Shown here one piece after another: positions 45,144 to 53,878 of a DNA stretch of 64,000 nt (position 1 is the first letter of the stretch; each line of letters starts with the position of its first letter). The DNA is from Acidobacteriota bacterium (GTDB lineage Bacteria; Acidobacteriota; Thermoanaerobaculia; UBA5066; Gp7-AA6), in contig JBKOZO010000084.1 of the NCBI GenBank assembly GCA_046725935.1, positions 13,204-77,203 of the forward strand. The letters run 5' to 3'. The notes below the pieces were generated by a model. The model was not told where the DNA came from, ran no database searches, and was given only the letters and a program-made list of their open reading frames with translations. A program made the position numbers and the translations under genes.

Positions 45144-45187
45144 GACGCCCGCCGGCGTTCGAAGATCGAACGATTCCGGCGGGCGTC
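45144..45187 (+). terminator. Long GC hairpin downstream of the GAPDH-like gene (terminator-like, weak T tract)
   Basis: GACGCCCGCCGG-CGTTCGA-AGA-TCGAACG-ATT-CCGGCGGGCGTC gives 19 paired positions. It is followed by CTGTT rather than a clear U-run. Confidence 0.45.
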
Positions 45188-45205
45188 CTGTTACCATGGA
45201 GTGCA

Positions 45206-46117
45206 ATGGCTTGGGTTACCTGTCCGCACTGCGGCTTCACGCAGCTTCCGGCTGCTCAGTGCCTGAAGTGCCACAAGCGCCTGGACCGCGCCCCTCAGCC
45301 CCCGCCGGCCGCTCCCCCTCCCCCACCGAAAGAGACCGGCTTCTGGTCGAAGCTGCCTCCGCGGCCCTACCTGTTGATCCTCGCGGCCCTCGCCCTGGCG
45401 GTGATCACCGGGGTCCTGGTCTGGAGCGCCCGTAGCGGCAACCCGATCGCCGAGACCGCGGGGCTCGCTCCTGCGACCCCCGAGCCCTGGTCGCTCGATC
45501 TGACGGGCCGCTGGTTCGGAAAAATCACCACGACGATTCCGGGGACGCCTTCTCGGCCGGCCCTGCGCGAGACGTTCGTCGAGACGGATCGCTCCGGCAA
45601 CATCGTCGGCGCGGGAGTCATCCTGACCGATCCGGGCCGCGGCGGCGCCGGAGCCGGTTACATGACCGTCCCGGACGGGCAGAGACGCGTGCGCGAGATT
45701 GCGACTTCGGTGACGGCTTCGCCGAAGGCCGCCGCGCTGTCGCTCGACTTCATACCGTTTGCGCCCTGGGTCCCCGCCCGCCAGCGCTCGTGGCACGCGC
45801 TGGAGGGCATGCGCCGCAGTCCCGAGGAGACGACGTACGTCCTGCTCGAGTCGGTGGAGCCGGATTACCTGGTGCAGGCGGGGATCAACGCGAGCGGCTT
45901 CCTGTCCTACCTCTACCTTTCGCCGGCCTACGCCCAGGGCCGCGGCACCGACGCGCTTTCCAAGGCGATCCATCCCGAACCCGGCAGCTCGCTGCGCGGA
46001 TTCCGCAACTTGATCTGGGATTTCTCGGGAGCGGCCGACTTCGTCGGCCTGCAGGTTCAAAGCACGATCTCCGGCCCGGCGGGATCGCCGGACCGGATCG
46101 TGCTCCGACGCCCTTAG
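45206..46117 (+). CDS. Hypothetical zinc-ribbon / single-pass membrane protein
   Basis: 303 aa. N-terminal CPHCG...CLKCH zinc ribbon, a Pro-rich linker, TM helix YLLILAALALAVITGVLVW, and a roughly 220-aa unassigned extracytoplasmic domain. Confidence 0.65.
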   Translation: MAWVTCPHCGFTQLPAAQCLKCHKRLDRAPQPPPAAPPPPPKETGFWSKLPPRPYLLILAALALAVITGVLVWSARSGNPIAETAGLAPATPEPWSLDLTGRWFGKITTTIPGTPSRPALRETFVETDRSGNIVGAGVILTDPGRGGAGAGYMTVPDGQRRVREIATSVTASPKAAALSLDFIPFAPWVPARQRSWHALEGMRRSPEETTYVLLESVEPDYLVQAGINASGFLSYLYLSPAYAQGRGTDALSKAIHPEPGSSLRGFRNLIWDFSGAADFVGLQVQSTISGPAGSPDRIVLRRP

Positions 46118-46129
46118 GCGGCGTTCTCG

Positions 46130-47083
46130 CTAGTTGACGGCGACGACGTAACCGCCGCTCTTGGCGTCGCGCTTGAGCGTGATGAGGCCGTGGCGCTCGG
46201 CGTCTTCGAGCAGTTCCGAGAACGACTTGTAGCCGTAGTACGACTCGTTGAAATACGGCTGTTTGCGCTGCATCGTCTGCTTGACCATCGAGCCCCAGAT
46301 CACGTCGTAGTTCTCGCGGCGCAGGGCCTGGATCGAGTCCACGACGAGCCGGAAGACCTCCTGTTTCTTCTTGGGCAGGTTGTCGATCGACGGCAGGGCC
46401 CGGGTCTCGCGGACGAGGTCCTCGTAGAAGATGAACTCGTCGCAGTTGGAGATCAGAAGGTTGGACGTCGAGTTCTTCACGCCGACGCCGATGACGGCCT
46501 TGTCGTTCTCCTTCAGCTTCGAGACCAGCGGCGAGAAGTCCGAGTCTCCCGAGCAGATGACGAAGGTCGTGATGTGGCCCTTGGACGCCACGAGGTCCAT
46601 GGCGTCGACGACCATGCGGATGTCCGCCGAGTTCTTGGCGGAGTAGTTGCGCTGCGGAATGTCGATGAGCTCGATCGCGGCCTCGTGGAACTCGCGCTTG
46701 TACTCGGAATAGCGGGTCCAGTCGGCGTAGGCCTTCTTGAACACGATGCGGCCCTTCTCGATCAGCCGCTGCAGGACTAAGTGGATGTCGAACTTCTTGT
46801 ACTGGGCGTCCCGGACTCCCAGAGCGATGTTCTCGAAGTCGATGAAGAGCGAGAGCCTCTGCTCGACGGCCGCCCGCGCGGGCGGAACGCCGGAGACGCT
46901 GACCGGCGCCGTCGGGGTCGAGATCAATGGCGAGGGCGCGGGCATCGGGGCCGCGGCCGTCGGCTCCTCCGCCGGGGCCGGGTACGTCTTGTGTCGTCGG
47001 CCGCCTCCGCGGCGGCGTCGCGAGGGTTTGCGCTCCGTCTCCGCGGTCTCGGCCGCGGGGAACGGAACCGTGTCGTCCATCAT
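46130..47083 (-). CDS. NYN (LabA/PIN-like) nuclease domain protein with C-terminal OST-HTH/LOTUS domain
   Basis: ATG 47083 overlaps the thioesterase stop (ATGA). 317 aa. Arg-rich N-terminal tail. NYN core LSLFIDFENI...FVICSGDSDFSPLVSKLKE. C-terminal OST-HTH-like WGSMVKQTMQRKQPYFNESYYGYKSFSELLEDAERHGLI. Confidence 0.8.
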   Translation of the reverse strand: MMDDTVPFPAAETAETERKPSRRRRGGGRRHKTYPAPAEEPTAAAPMPAPSPLISTPTAPVSVSGVPPARAAVEQRLSLFIDFENIALGVRDAQYKKFDIHLVLQRLIEKGRIVFKKAYADWTRYSEYKREFHEAAIELIDIPQRNYSAKNSADIRMVVDAMDLVASKGHITTFVICSGDSDFSPLVSKLKENDKAVIGVGVKNSTSNLLISNCDEFIFYEDLVRETRALPSIDNLPKKKQEVFRLVVDSIQALRRENYDVIWGSMVKQTMQRKQPYFNESYYGYKSFSELLEDAERHGLITLKRDAKSGGYVVAVN

Positions 47084-47562
47084 GATGGGGTTTCTGTCCT
47101 TTCTGGCGCGTAGTCGAACGAAGAAGTCGTCAGCAGGAAGCTGGCCAGGGCCCGGGCGACTTCTCTCCCGGACTCGTCCACGATGTCCACCTCTCCGACG
47201 TTGACGCGCTTTCCTTTCTTGAGAATCCGCGCTTTTGCCCGGACTTCGCTCCGGGCGCGACGCAGGTAGTGAATGGTCAGGTCCGTCGTCGCAAAGCCCA
47301 TCTTTCCGTCGAAATTCGTGGACAGCGCGAAGGCCACGGCGGTGTCGGCCAGAGTGGCCAGGATGCCTCCGTGGACCGTCCCGGACCCGTTCGTGATCTC
47401 CCGCCGGTACGGCAGTTTCAGGACACACCAGTCCGGCCCGAGCTCCTCGAGGCTCGGAGACAACCACCCTAAGGCGGGGGAATCGGCGAGGCGTTTCCTC
47501 AGGCGCGTCAGGAGGTCCGGGGCCAGCCCGGTCCGCTCCTGCGCAGCCGTCTGCAGGCTCAC
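47080..47562 (-). CDS. PaaI/YbdB-type hot-dog thioesterase
   Basis: 160 aa. Signature NGSGTVHGGILATLADTA and a C-terminal beta-sheet region. Confidence 0.8.
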   Translation of the reverse strand: MSLQTAAQERTGLAPDLLTRLRKRLADSPALGWLSPSLEELGPDWCVLKLPYRREITNGSGTVHGGILATLADTAVAFALSTNFDGKMGFATTDLTIHYLRRARSEVRAKARILKKGKRVNVGEVDIVDESGREVARALASFLLTTSSFDYAPERTETPS

Positions 47563-47604
47563 GAAGGCCCTATTCTACGCGATCCCGACCCCGGGCCGGG
47601 GGCT

Positions 47605-47877
47605 TTAGTCCGAGGTCTCGCCTTCCGCCTCCCGGGCGTAGTACGGGAGCTCCTCGGCCCGCCGCGTGGAGTTGTCGAGGTGCTTGGGGACCTCGACGAT
47701 CGTGCGGGTGACGTTGGGGTCGCAGGTCTCGTTCTCGCACTCGTAGGTATAGACGTTCTTCTCGGGTCCCTTCCGGAACTTGACGATGGTCTGATACGTG
47801 TCGCAGTTTCCGCACTTGACCGACATCATGAAGATGTCGATCACGTGCAGATCCGGAGCGTCGCCGGGCTCGGCCAT
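47605..47877 (-). CDS. Small Cys-rich (zinc-ribbon-like) hypothetical protein
   Basis: Only the last 91 codons of the 250-aa track ORF are used (ATG 47877). Sequence is MAEPGDAPDLHVIDIFMMSVKCGNCDTYQTIVKFRKGPEKNVYTYECENETCD..., with the pattern CxxC...CxxxxC. Confidence 0.5.
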   Translation of the reverse strand: MAEPGDAPDLHVIDIFMMSVKCGNCDTYQTIVKFRKGPEKNVYTYECENETCDPNVTRTIVEVPKHLDNSTRRAEELPYYAREAEGETSD

Positions 47878-47916
47878 CGCCGGCAATGATACGCTCCGCG
47901 CCACCGCGAGGTCGAC

Positions 47917-48369
47917 ATGATCCGAAAAGCGCTCGCCGCCGCCGCCCTTTTCGCCGCCGCCGGCCTCCTCGCCGAGGAGGGCGTTTTCGAGAAGACGATT
48001 CCGTTTCCGCGCCGCCACGCGGGCGAGGTCGGCATCACCTACGGCAAGTGCACGATCCGTACGCTCGAGGCCCGCAACTATCCCGACGAGGAAGACATCG
48101 AGAAGGCCCGGGCCAACGACCCGAAGGACTCCTCCTGGATCTGGTGGCAGTTCGAGGTGGACAACAAGGGACCCGAGAAGTGGAAGATGAAGCTCGCCAT
48201 CGAGGTGCTCGACAAGGACGGCAAGATCGTCACCTCCAGCGATCGCAGCGTGACCATAGACGGGTTCGAGAGCGAGTCCTACCGGATCTCCGGCCGGATG
48301 CGCACCCTCGTCGCCGCCGACTCCCCCAAGGTCCGCGTGCGTGCCCAGTTCATCCACGACAAGAAGTAG
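47917..48369 (+). CDS. Hypothetical exported protein (150 aa)
   Basis: Signal peptide MIRKALAAAALFAAAGLLA. Lys/Glu-rich mature part. No family recognised. Confidence 0.6.
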   Translation: MIRKALAAAALFAAAGLLAEEGVFEKTIPFPRRHAGEVGITYGKCTIRTLEARNYPDEEDIEKARANDPKDSSWIWWQFEVDNKGPEKWKMKLAIEVLDKDGKIVTSSDRSVTIDGFESESYRISGRMRTLVAADSPKVRVRAQFIHDKK

Positions 48370-49270
48370 CGGCGGCGCGCCCCCAGACTACGCGGCCGCG
48401 CGCGACGGCCTCGCGCACCGGTTCCGCTCCGGAGTGATCGCGGTCGAGGGCTCCGACCGTGCCGTGTTCCTGCAGGGCCAGGTGACCCAGGACGTCCGGG
48501 GCCTCGCCCACGGTGAAGCGCGACCTGCCGCAGGCCTGACGGCGAGGGGAAAGCTCCTCTACTTCGGGCGCCTGGTCGAGGAAGCCGAGCGCATTCTCCT
48601 GCTCCTCCCGCGCGACGCCGTTTCGACGGCGGCCGCGCACCTGGCGAAATACGCCGCGTTCCAGAAGGCGTCGGTGCGGGACGCCACGGAGGACTACGCG
48701 CGCGCGGCGCTCTACGGCCCGGGGGCCGGGACGGTCGCTCCGCCCGACGGTGCGGTGAAGCTGCCCGGAGAAGGAGAGCTCGCGGGGGAAATCCTCGCCC
48801 CCGCCTCGGCTCGACCCGCCCTCGAGCGCGTCCTGTCGGACGCCGGCTCCGTGCCGGTTTCGCCGGAGACGGCCGAAGTCCTCCGCATCGAGGCCGGCCG
48901 ACCGCGGCTCGGCGTGGACGCCGGCGGCGCGAACGTCCCCGACGAGGTGCAGCTCCAGGCGGCCATCTCGACGACCAAGGGGTGCTACGTCGGCCAGGAG
49001 ATCGTGGCGCGGATGCGCACGTACGGACGCCCCCAGCGCCGGCTGGTCGGGTTTCGCTTTCCGAGCGAGACCGTGCCGGCCGGAACCGTCTTCTTCAATC
49101 CCGCCAAGGAGGGACATGAGCTGGCGCACGTGACGAGTGTGGCGATTTCCCCCCGCTTCGGACCGATCGGCCTGGGCCTCGCGTTCCGCGAGGTCGCCGA
49201 GGGCGCGACCTTGAGGGTCCTGGAGGCGCCGGATCGGGTCGCGATCGTCTCGGCCCTTCCGTTTTCGTGA
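48341..49270 (+). CDS. YgfZ/GcvT-like folate-binding protein
   Basis: 309 aa. FLQGQVTQDV and the signature KGCYVGQEIVARM. GTG 48341 is the only canonical start and overlaps the previous gene by 29 nt. Confidence 0.85.
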   Translation: MPSSSTTRSSGGAPPDYAAARDGLAHRFRSGVIAVEGSDRAVFLQGQVTQDVRGLAHGEARPAAGLTARGKLLYFGRLVEEAERILLLLPRDAVSTAAAHLAKYAAFQKASVRDATEDYARAALYGPGAGTVAPPDGAVKLPGEGELAGEILAPASARPALERVLSDAGSVPVSPETAEVLRIEAGRPRLGVDAGGANVPDEVQLQAAISTTKGCYVGQEIVARMRTYGRPQRRLVGFRFPSETVPAGTVFFNPAKEGHELAHVTSVAISPRFGPIGLGLAFREVAEGATLRVLEAPDRVAIVSALPFS

Positions 49271-50175
49271 CGCATCGCCGAGAGCGGCCCTGGGAAATCC
49301 ACCTCGCGCTGGCCGGGGCGCAGACCGGCTTCGCGCTCTTTCCCATCTTCGGAAAGCTCGCCCTCGGCCTGATCCCGCCTCTGGTCTTCGCGGCGTTCCG
49401 CGTCGTGTCGGCGGCGATCCTGCTCGACGTGATCCGCAGCGTGAACGGCCGCGAGTCGATCCGCCCGGGCGACCGAAGAAAGATCTTGCTCTACGGCCTG
49501 CTCGGCGTGTCGTTCAACCAGATCCTCTTCATTCTCGGCCTCTCGCTGACGACCGCGATCAACACCACGATTCTGACGGCCACGATCCCGGTCTTCACCA
49601 TCGCCGCGGCGGCGATTCTCGGGCGGGAGCGCATGACGATGCGCGCCGCCGCCGGCATCGCTCTGGCCGGCGCGGGAGCGCTGGCCCTGCTCAACGCGCA
49701 GCGCTTCGACTGGAGCAGCGCCGCGTTCCGCGGCGACCTGCTCCTGCTGGCGAACTCGCTCTCCTACTCGCTCTACCTCGTGCTCTCGCGGCCGATCCTC
49801 GCCCACTACCGCGTGGCGACATTCACGGCGGCCGTCTTTCGATACGGCGCCCTGTTCATCCTCGTAGCCGCCTGGCCGGAGCTGCGGCGCTTCGAGCCGT
49901 CCCGCGTCACGCCGCTGGCCTGGTCGTGCCTGGCGGCGGTGATCGTCTTCTGCACCGTCATCCCCTATCTGCTGAACTCGTGGGCCCTGGCGCGCACGCA
50001 CGCCTCTCATGTCGCGTTCTACGTCTTTCTGCAGCCGGTGATCGCAACGGTTCTGGCGATCCTGATCCTCGGAGAGGCGCTGACCTGGAAAACCGTGCTC
50101 GCTGCGGGGTTGATCTTCGCGGGGCTCGCGATTGGTCTGGTTGGTGGACGGCTTCCCGCGCGGCCGGTTCCATGA
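49267..50175 (+). CDS. EamA/DMT-family transporter
   Basis: GTG 49267 (GTGA overlap). 302 aa, about 10 TM segments in two EamA-like halves. Confidence 0.8.
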   Translation: MTHRRERPWEIHLALAGAQTGFALFPIFGKLALGLIPPLVFAAFRVVSAAILLDVIRSVNGRESIRPGDRRKILLYGLLGVSFNQILFILGLSLTTAINTTILTATIPVFTIAAAAILGRERMTMRAAAGIALAGAGALALLNAQRFDWSSAAFRGDLLLLANSLSYSLYLVLSRPILAHYRVATFTAAVFRYGALFILVAAWPELRRFEPSRVTPLAWSCLAAVIVFCTVIPYLLNSWALARTHASHVAFYVFLQPVIATVLAILILGEALTWKTVLAAGLIFAGLAIGLVGGRLPARPVP

Positions 50176-50879
50176 CGGCTTCCGCACGGCGACTCCGTCG
50201 CGTCGCCGTCGTCATTCCGGTGTTCAACGAGCGGGACTCTCTGCCCCTCGTCGTCGGCGCCGTCCCAGCGGAGCTCGCCCAAGAGATCGTCGTGGTCGAC
50301 AACGGCTCGACGGACGGCACCTCCGAGATCGCGAGGGAACTGCCCGTGCGGGTCGTTCGCGAGGATCGGCGGGGCTACGGCAGCGCATGCCTCGCCGGCG
50401 TGGCGGCCCTCGCGCCTGATCCTCCCGACGTCCTCGTGTTCCTCGACGGCGACTTCTCGGACCATCCCGAGGAGATGGCCCTTTTGCTCGACGCGATCGC
50501 CGCCGGAGCGGACCTCGCGATCGGCTCGCGCGTCCTCGGCCGGCGCGAGCCCGGAGCGCTCCTGCCCCAGGCGCGCCTCGGCAACGCTCTGGCCTGCCGC
50601 CTGATTCGCTTGCTCTACGGCCATCGGTACACCGATCTGGGACCGTTTCGCGCGATCCGCTGGAGCGCCTACCAGACCCTCGGCATGGAGGACGTCAACT
50701 TCGGCTGGACGTGCGAGATGCAGGTCAAGGCTCTGCGGCGCGGCCTGCGCGTCGTCGAGGTGCCGGTGTCCTACCGGAGACGCGTGGGCGTGTCGAAGAT
50801 TACCGGGACGGTATCAGGAACCCTCCGCGCGGGCGCCAAGATCCTCTGGACGATCGCGCGCTACGGCCTAAGACCTTGA
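50172..50879 (+). CDS. Family-2 glycosyltransferase (Dpm1/GtrB-like)
   Basis: ATG 50172 (ATGA overlap). 235 aa. Motifs VVIPVFNE, VVVDNGSTDGT, FLDGD. Confidence 0.85.
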   Translation: MTASARRLRRVAVVIPVFNERDSLPLVVGAVPAELAQEIVVVDNGSTDGTSEIARELPVRVVREDRRGYGSACLAGVAALAPDPPDVLVFLDGDFSDHPEEMALLLDAIAAGADLAIGSRVLGRREPGALLPQARLGNALACRLIRLLYGHRYTDLGPFRAIRWSAYQTLGMEDVNFGWTCEMQVKALRRGLRVVEVPVSYRRRVGVSKITGTVSGTLRAGAKILWTIARYGLRP

Positions 50880-51779
50880 GGCGACGGCCGAGGCTTTCCA
50901 GGACGCGAAGCAGGCGCCCGCCTCCGAGACGAAGCCCGTGTGCCTTGGCGCCCAACCCAGGACGCGCGCGGCCTTGCTCGCGGAGAGCCGCTGGTCGTAG
51001 GCGAGACACTCGGCGTAGGGACCGAATCGCCGGACGGCTTCGTCCACCGGCGCGCGCCGTATCGGCCCCGAGTAGCCCGCGGCACGCGCCGCGGAGCGGG
51101 CCATGGCCTCCTGAGTCTCCTCGGATCCGTCGGCAACGTTGAAGATCTCCCCCGCCGCGTCTCTCTCGGCGGCGCGCACGTACGCGTCGGCGACGTCGTC
51201 CTCGTGAACCATGGCCCAGCGCCCACGGCCGTCGCCGACCACTTCGAGGTTCCCGCGAATCGCGCCGTCGAACCATTCGGCCGTCAGACCTCCCGGTCCG
51301 CCGTAGAGGCAGCCCGAGCGCATCACGATCCCGCGCACTCCGCCCGTGTCGAGCACCCGGCGCTCGATGCCCGGCCGTAGCGCCGCGTAGTCCGGCGGCT
51401 TCACGGGCGCGCTCTCGTCCACGATCCGGCCCGCCGTGTCGCCGTAGATCCAGCAGCCGCTCGTGTACAGGAAGACCGGCCGACGCCCTCCGCCCGCGGC
51501 CGCGCCGAGAAGCGCCTCGACGGCGTCGCGGTCGCGCTCGAACGCCCCCGGCCCCGAGGCGAACGCCGCGTGAACGACGACGTCGCACGCACGGGCCTCG
51601 TCCAGAAAGGCGCCGGGCTCATCCATGGTCCCGAGGACGGGACCGATCCCGCGTACCTCAAGCTCCCGCGCCCGGGCGGCGTTGCGAGCCGCGCCACGAA
51701 CTTGGTGCCCCGCCGCGCGGAACGCCCTCGCGACCGCAGCTCCGACGTATCCGGTCGCGCCGGTGACGAAGACCTTCAC
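50868..51779 (-). CDS. NAD-dependent epimerase/dehydratase-family protein
   Basis: GTG 51779 (VKVFVTGATGYVGAAV). 303 aa. Its 3' end overlaps the convergent GT2 gene by 12 nt. Confidence 0.8.
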   Translation of the reverse strand: MKVFVTGATGYVGAAVARAFRAAGHQVRGAARNAARARELEVRGIGPVLGTMDEPGAFLDEARACDVVVHAAFASGPGAFERDRDAVEALLGAAAGGGRRPVFLYTSGCWIYGDTAGRIVDESAPVKPPDYAALRPGIERRVLDTGGVRGIVMRSGCLYGGPGGLTAEWFDGAIRGNLEVVGDGRGRWAMVHEDDVADAYVRAAERDAAGEIFNVADGSEETQEAMARSAARAAGYSGPIRRAPVDEAVRRFGPYAECLAYDQRLSASKAARVLGWAPRHTGFVSEAGACFASWKASAVASRS

Positions 51780-51793
51780 GGACGGGCGCGTTT

Positions 51794-52108
51794 CTATCGC
51801 GATCCGGGAGCGGCGGCAACCTCGTAGTGCGTGACGCGGGGCGACATCTCCAGCAGGAACTCGCGGTCCTCCGGGTAGTAGCGGGCCTTCTCGACGTCGT
51901 CGCCGGCGAATGCCCGAATCGCGTCGAGAGAGTCCCACAGCGAGACGAAGACGAATCGGGTCCGGTCGCCTTCCGTGCGCCGGAGCACGTAGACCCCTCG
52001 GTTCCCGGGAGTCGCGTTCAGGTCCCGGATGCCGGTCTTCTCGAGGTAGAGCTGGTAATCGTCGGCTCTCGAGGCCGGCACGTCCCCGGACCAGTAGCGT
52101 GCGATCAT
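51794..52108 (-). CDS. Small ABM/dimeric alpha-beta-barrel-like protein
   Basis: GAGGAGG before ATG 52108. 104 aa (MIARYWSGDVPASRADDYQLYLEK...). The family call is tentative. Confidence 0.55.
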   Translation of the reverse strand: MIARYWSGDVPASRADDYQLYLEKTGIRDLNATPGNRGVYVLRRTEGDRTRFVFVSLWDSLDAIRAFAGDDVEKARYYPEDREFLLEMSPRVTHYEVAAAPGSR

Positions 52109-52164
52109 CGAAGCCTCCTCACCGCTCCCAACACGCGTCGGAAGCAAAGGGATGCGCGGCCGGG

Positions 52165-52572
52165 CTAGGCCTCGCGGTAGCGCTGGAGCGCCGCGATCAC
52201 CTCGGGATCGGCCCGGCGGGGCTTCCCCGAGGGATCCGTGAAGACGTGGTGGGTCGAGCCTTCCGCGAGAAGCTGCCCCTCGGGGTCGCGGATCTCGTAC
52301 TCGAAGACGCAGCCGCGGGGCGACAGCGTTCCCATCCGGGTAATCACGCGGATCGGGTCGTCGTAGCTCGAGCGGCGCCGGAAGCTCGCCTCCACGCGCG
52401 TGACCGGGATGAAGAGCCCGTTCTTTTCCATCTCGGCGTACGGGATGCCCGCGGCGCGGCACCAGTCGGTGCGGCCGATCTCGAACCAGACGAGGTAGTG
52501 GGAGTGGTACACGATCCCCATCTGGTCCGTTTCGGAGTAGCGGACCCGGAGCTGGGACTCGACCGTGCGCAA
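52165..52572 (-). CDS. YbgC/4HBT-family acyl-CoA thioesterase
   Basis: 135 aa. N-terminal signature RVRYSETDQMGIVYHSHYLVWFE. Confidence 0.85.
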   Translation of the reverse strand: MRTVESQLRVRYSETDQMGIVYHSHYLVWFEIGRTDWCRAAGIPYAEMEKNGLFIPVTRVEASFRRRSSYDDPIRVITRMGTLSPRGCVFEYEIRDPEGQLLAEGSTHHVFTDPSGKPRRADPEVIAALQRYREA

Positions 52573-52574
52573 CG

Positions 52575-53054
52575 TCAGAACCGGTCGGCGAGCCGTTGCC
52601 GGACCGCCTGCGGGACGAGCCCCGTCACGTCGCCGCCGAGGCGGGCGAGCTCCTTGACCAGACGGCTCGACACGTAGGAATACTCTTCCTTGGCCATCAG
52701 GAAGACCGTCTCGATCGCGGGAGCCAGACGCCGGTTCATCAGGGCCATCTGGAGCTCGTATTCGTAGTCCGAGACGGCGCGGAGCCCTCGCACGATCAAC
52801 CCCGCGCCCGACCGGTTCGCGAAGTCCACGAGCAGGCCCGTGAACGAGGCGACCGAGATCGACGGATCTCCTCCGACGATCTCCCGGATCATTCCGATTC
52901 TCTCCTCCATCGAGAAGAGCGGCGTCTTCTGGTCCTGCTCGAGGATCGCGACGATCACCCGGTCCGCCAGGCGTCGCGCCCGCGCCAGGATGTCCAGGTG
53001 CCCGTTGGTCAACGGATCGAAGGAGCCGGGATAGACGGCGATTCGCTCCGTCAT
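52575..53054 (-). CDS. coaD: Phosphopantetheine adenylyltransferase
   Basis: 159 aa. Motifs AVYPGSFDPLTNGHLDI, and ISSTLV-like YVSSRLVKE. Confidence 0.95.
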   Translation of the reverse strand: MTERIAVYPGSFDPLTNGHLDILARARRLADRVIVAILEQDQKTPLFSMEERIGMIREIVGGDPSISVASFTGLLVDFANRSGAGLIVRGLRAVSDYEYELQMALMNRRLAPAIETVFLMAKEEYSYVSSRLVKELARLGGDVTGLVPQAVRQRLADRF

Positions 53055-53878
53055 GGTTTCCTCCCCCCCTCGGTTGTCGCGACGCGGAGGCCCTCGGCCA
53101 GCAGATTATAGGCGGCGACCGTCAGGAACAGGGCGAGGCCGGGGAAGAGCGCGAGCCACCAGGCCTCCTCGATGTACGCCGGCGCCGCCGAGAGGATCCC
53201 TCCCCACGAGACCGCGGGCGCCGGGAGCCCGACCCCCAGAAACGACAGCGATGCCTCGGCCAGGATCGCCCACCCGACGCCGAATGCCGCCGAGACGATC
53301 AGCGGAGGCAGGGCGTTCGGGAGCAGGTGGCGAACCAGGATCCGCGGCGTCGAGGCGCCGGCGGCCCGGGCCGCGCGCGCGTAATCGAGGTCCTTGATCT
53401 TGAGCACCTCCGCGCGCGCGTACCGCGCGTCGCCCGCCCACGCCGTCAGACCGATCGCCAGGATCACCGTCAGCGGCGAAGGCGGCAGGAGCGCCGCCAG
53501 CGCGAGCAGCAGAAACAGCACCGGGAAGCACAGCATGACTTCGATCAGGCGTGACAGGGCCATATCGGTCAGCCCTCCGGCATAACCCGCGGTCGCGCCG
53601 ACGGCGAACCCCACGACGAGGGACACGGCCGCCGCGGTCAAACCGATGGCCAGCGAAATCGGCGTCGCGGCCACGACGCGGGCCAGCAGGTCGCGGCCGA
53701 GATCGTCGGTCCCGAAGGGATGCGCCGCCGACGGAGGCGAAAGCCGCCGATCGAGCCGAATCTCCCTCGCCGCGCCCGAGAACATCGGCGAGATCGCCGC
53801 GACCAGCCAGAGCGCCACGACGACCGCCAGCGCCGCGCGCGCGCTGCCGGGCAGGCGCCGTCGCCCCGGATTCGTCAT
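53051..53878 (-). CDS. ABC transporter permease (DppC/OppC type)
   Basis: ATG 53878 overlaps the upstream stop (ATGA). 275 aa. HPFGTDDLGRDLLAR and an EAA-loop region YARAARAAGASTPRILVRHLLPN. Confidence 0.9.
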   Translation of the reverse strand: MTNPGRRRLPGSARAALAVVVALWLVAAISPMFSGAAREIRLDRRLSPPSAAHPFGTDDLGRDLLARVVAATPISLAIGLTAAAVSLVVGFAVGATAGYAGGLTDMALSRLIEVMLCFPVLFLLLALAALLPPSPLTVILAIGLTAWAGDARYARAEVLKIKDLDYARAARAAGASTPRILVRHLLPNALPPLIVSAAFGVGWAILAEASLSFLGVGLPAPAVSWGGILSAAPAYIEEAWWLALFPGLALFLTVAAYNLLAEGLRVATTEGGRKP

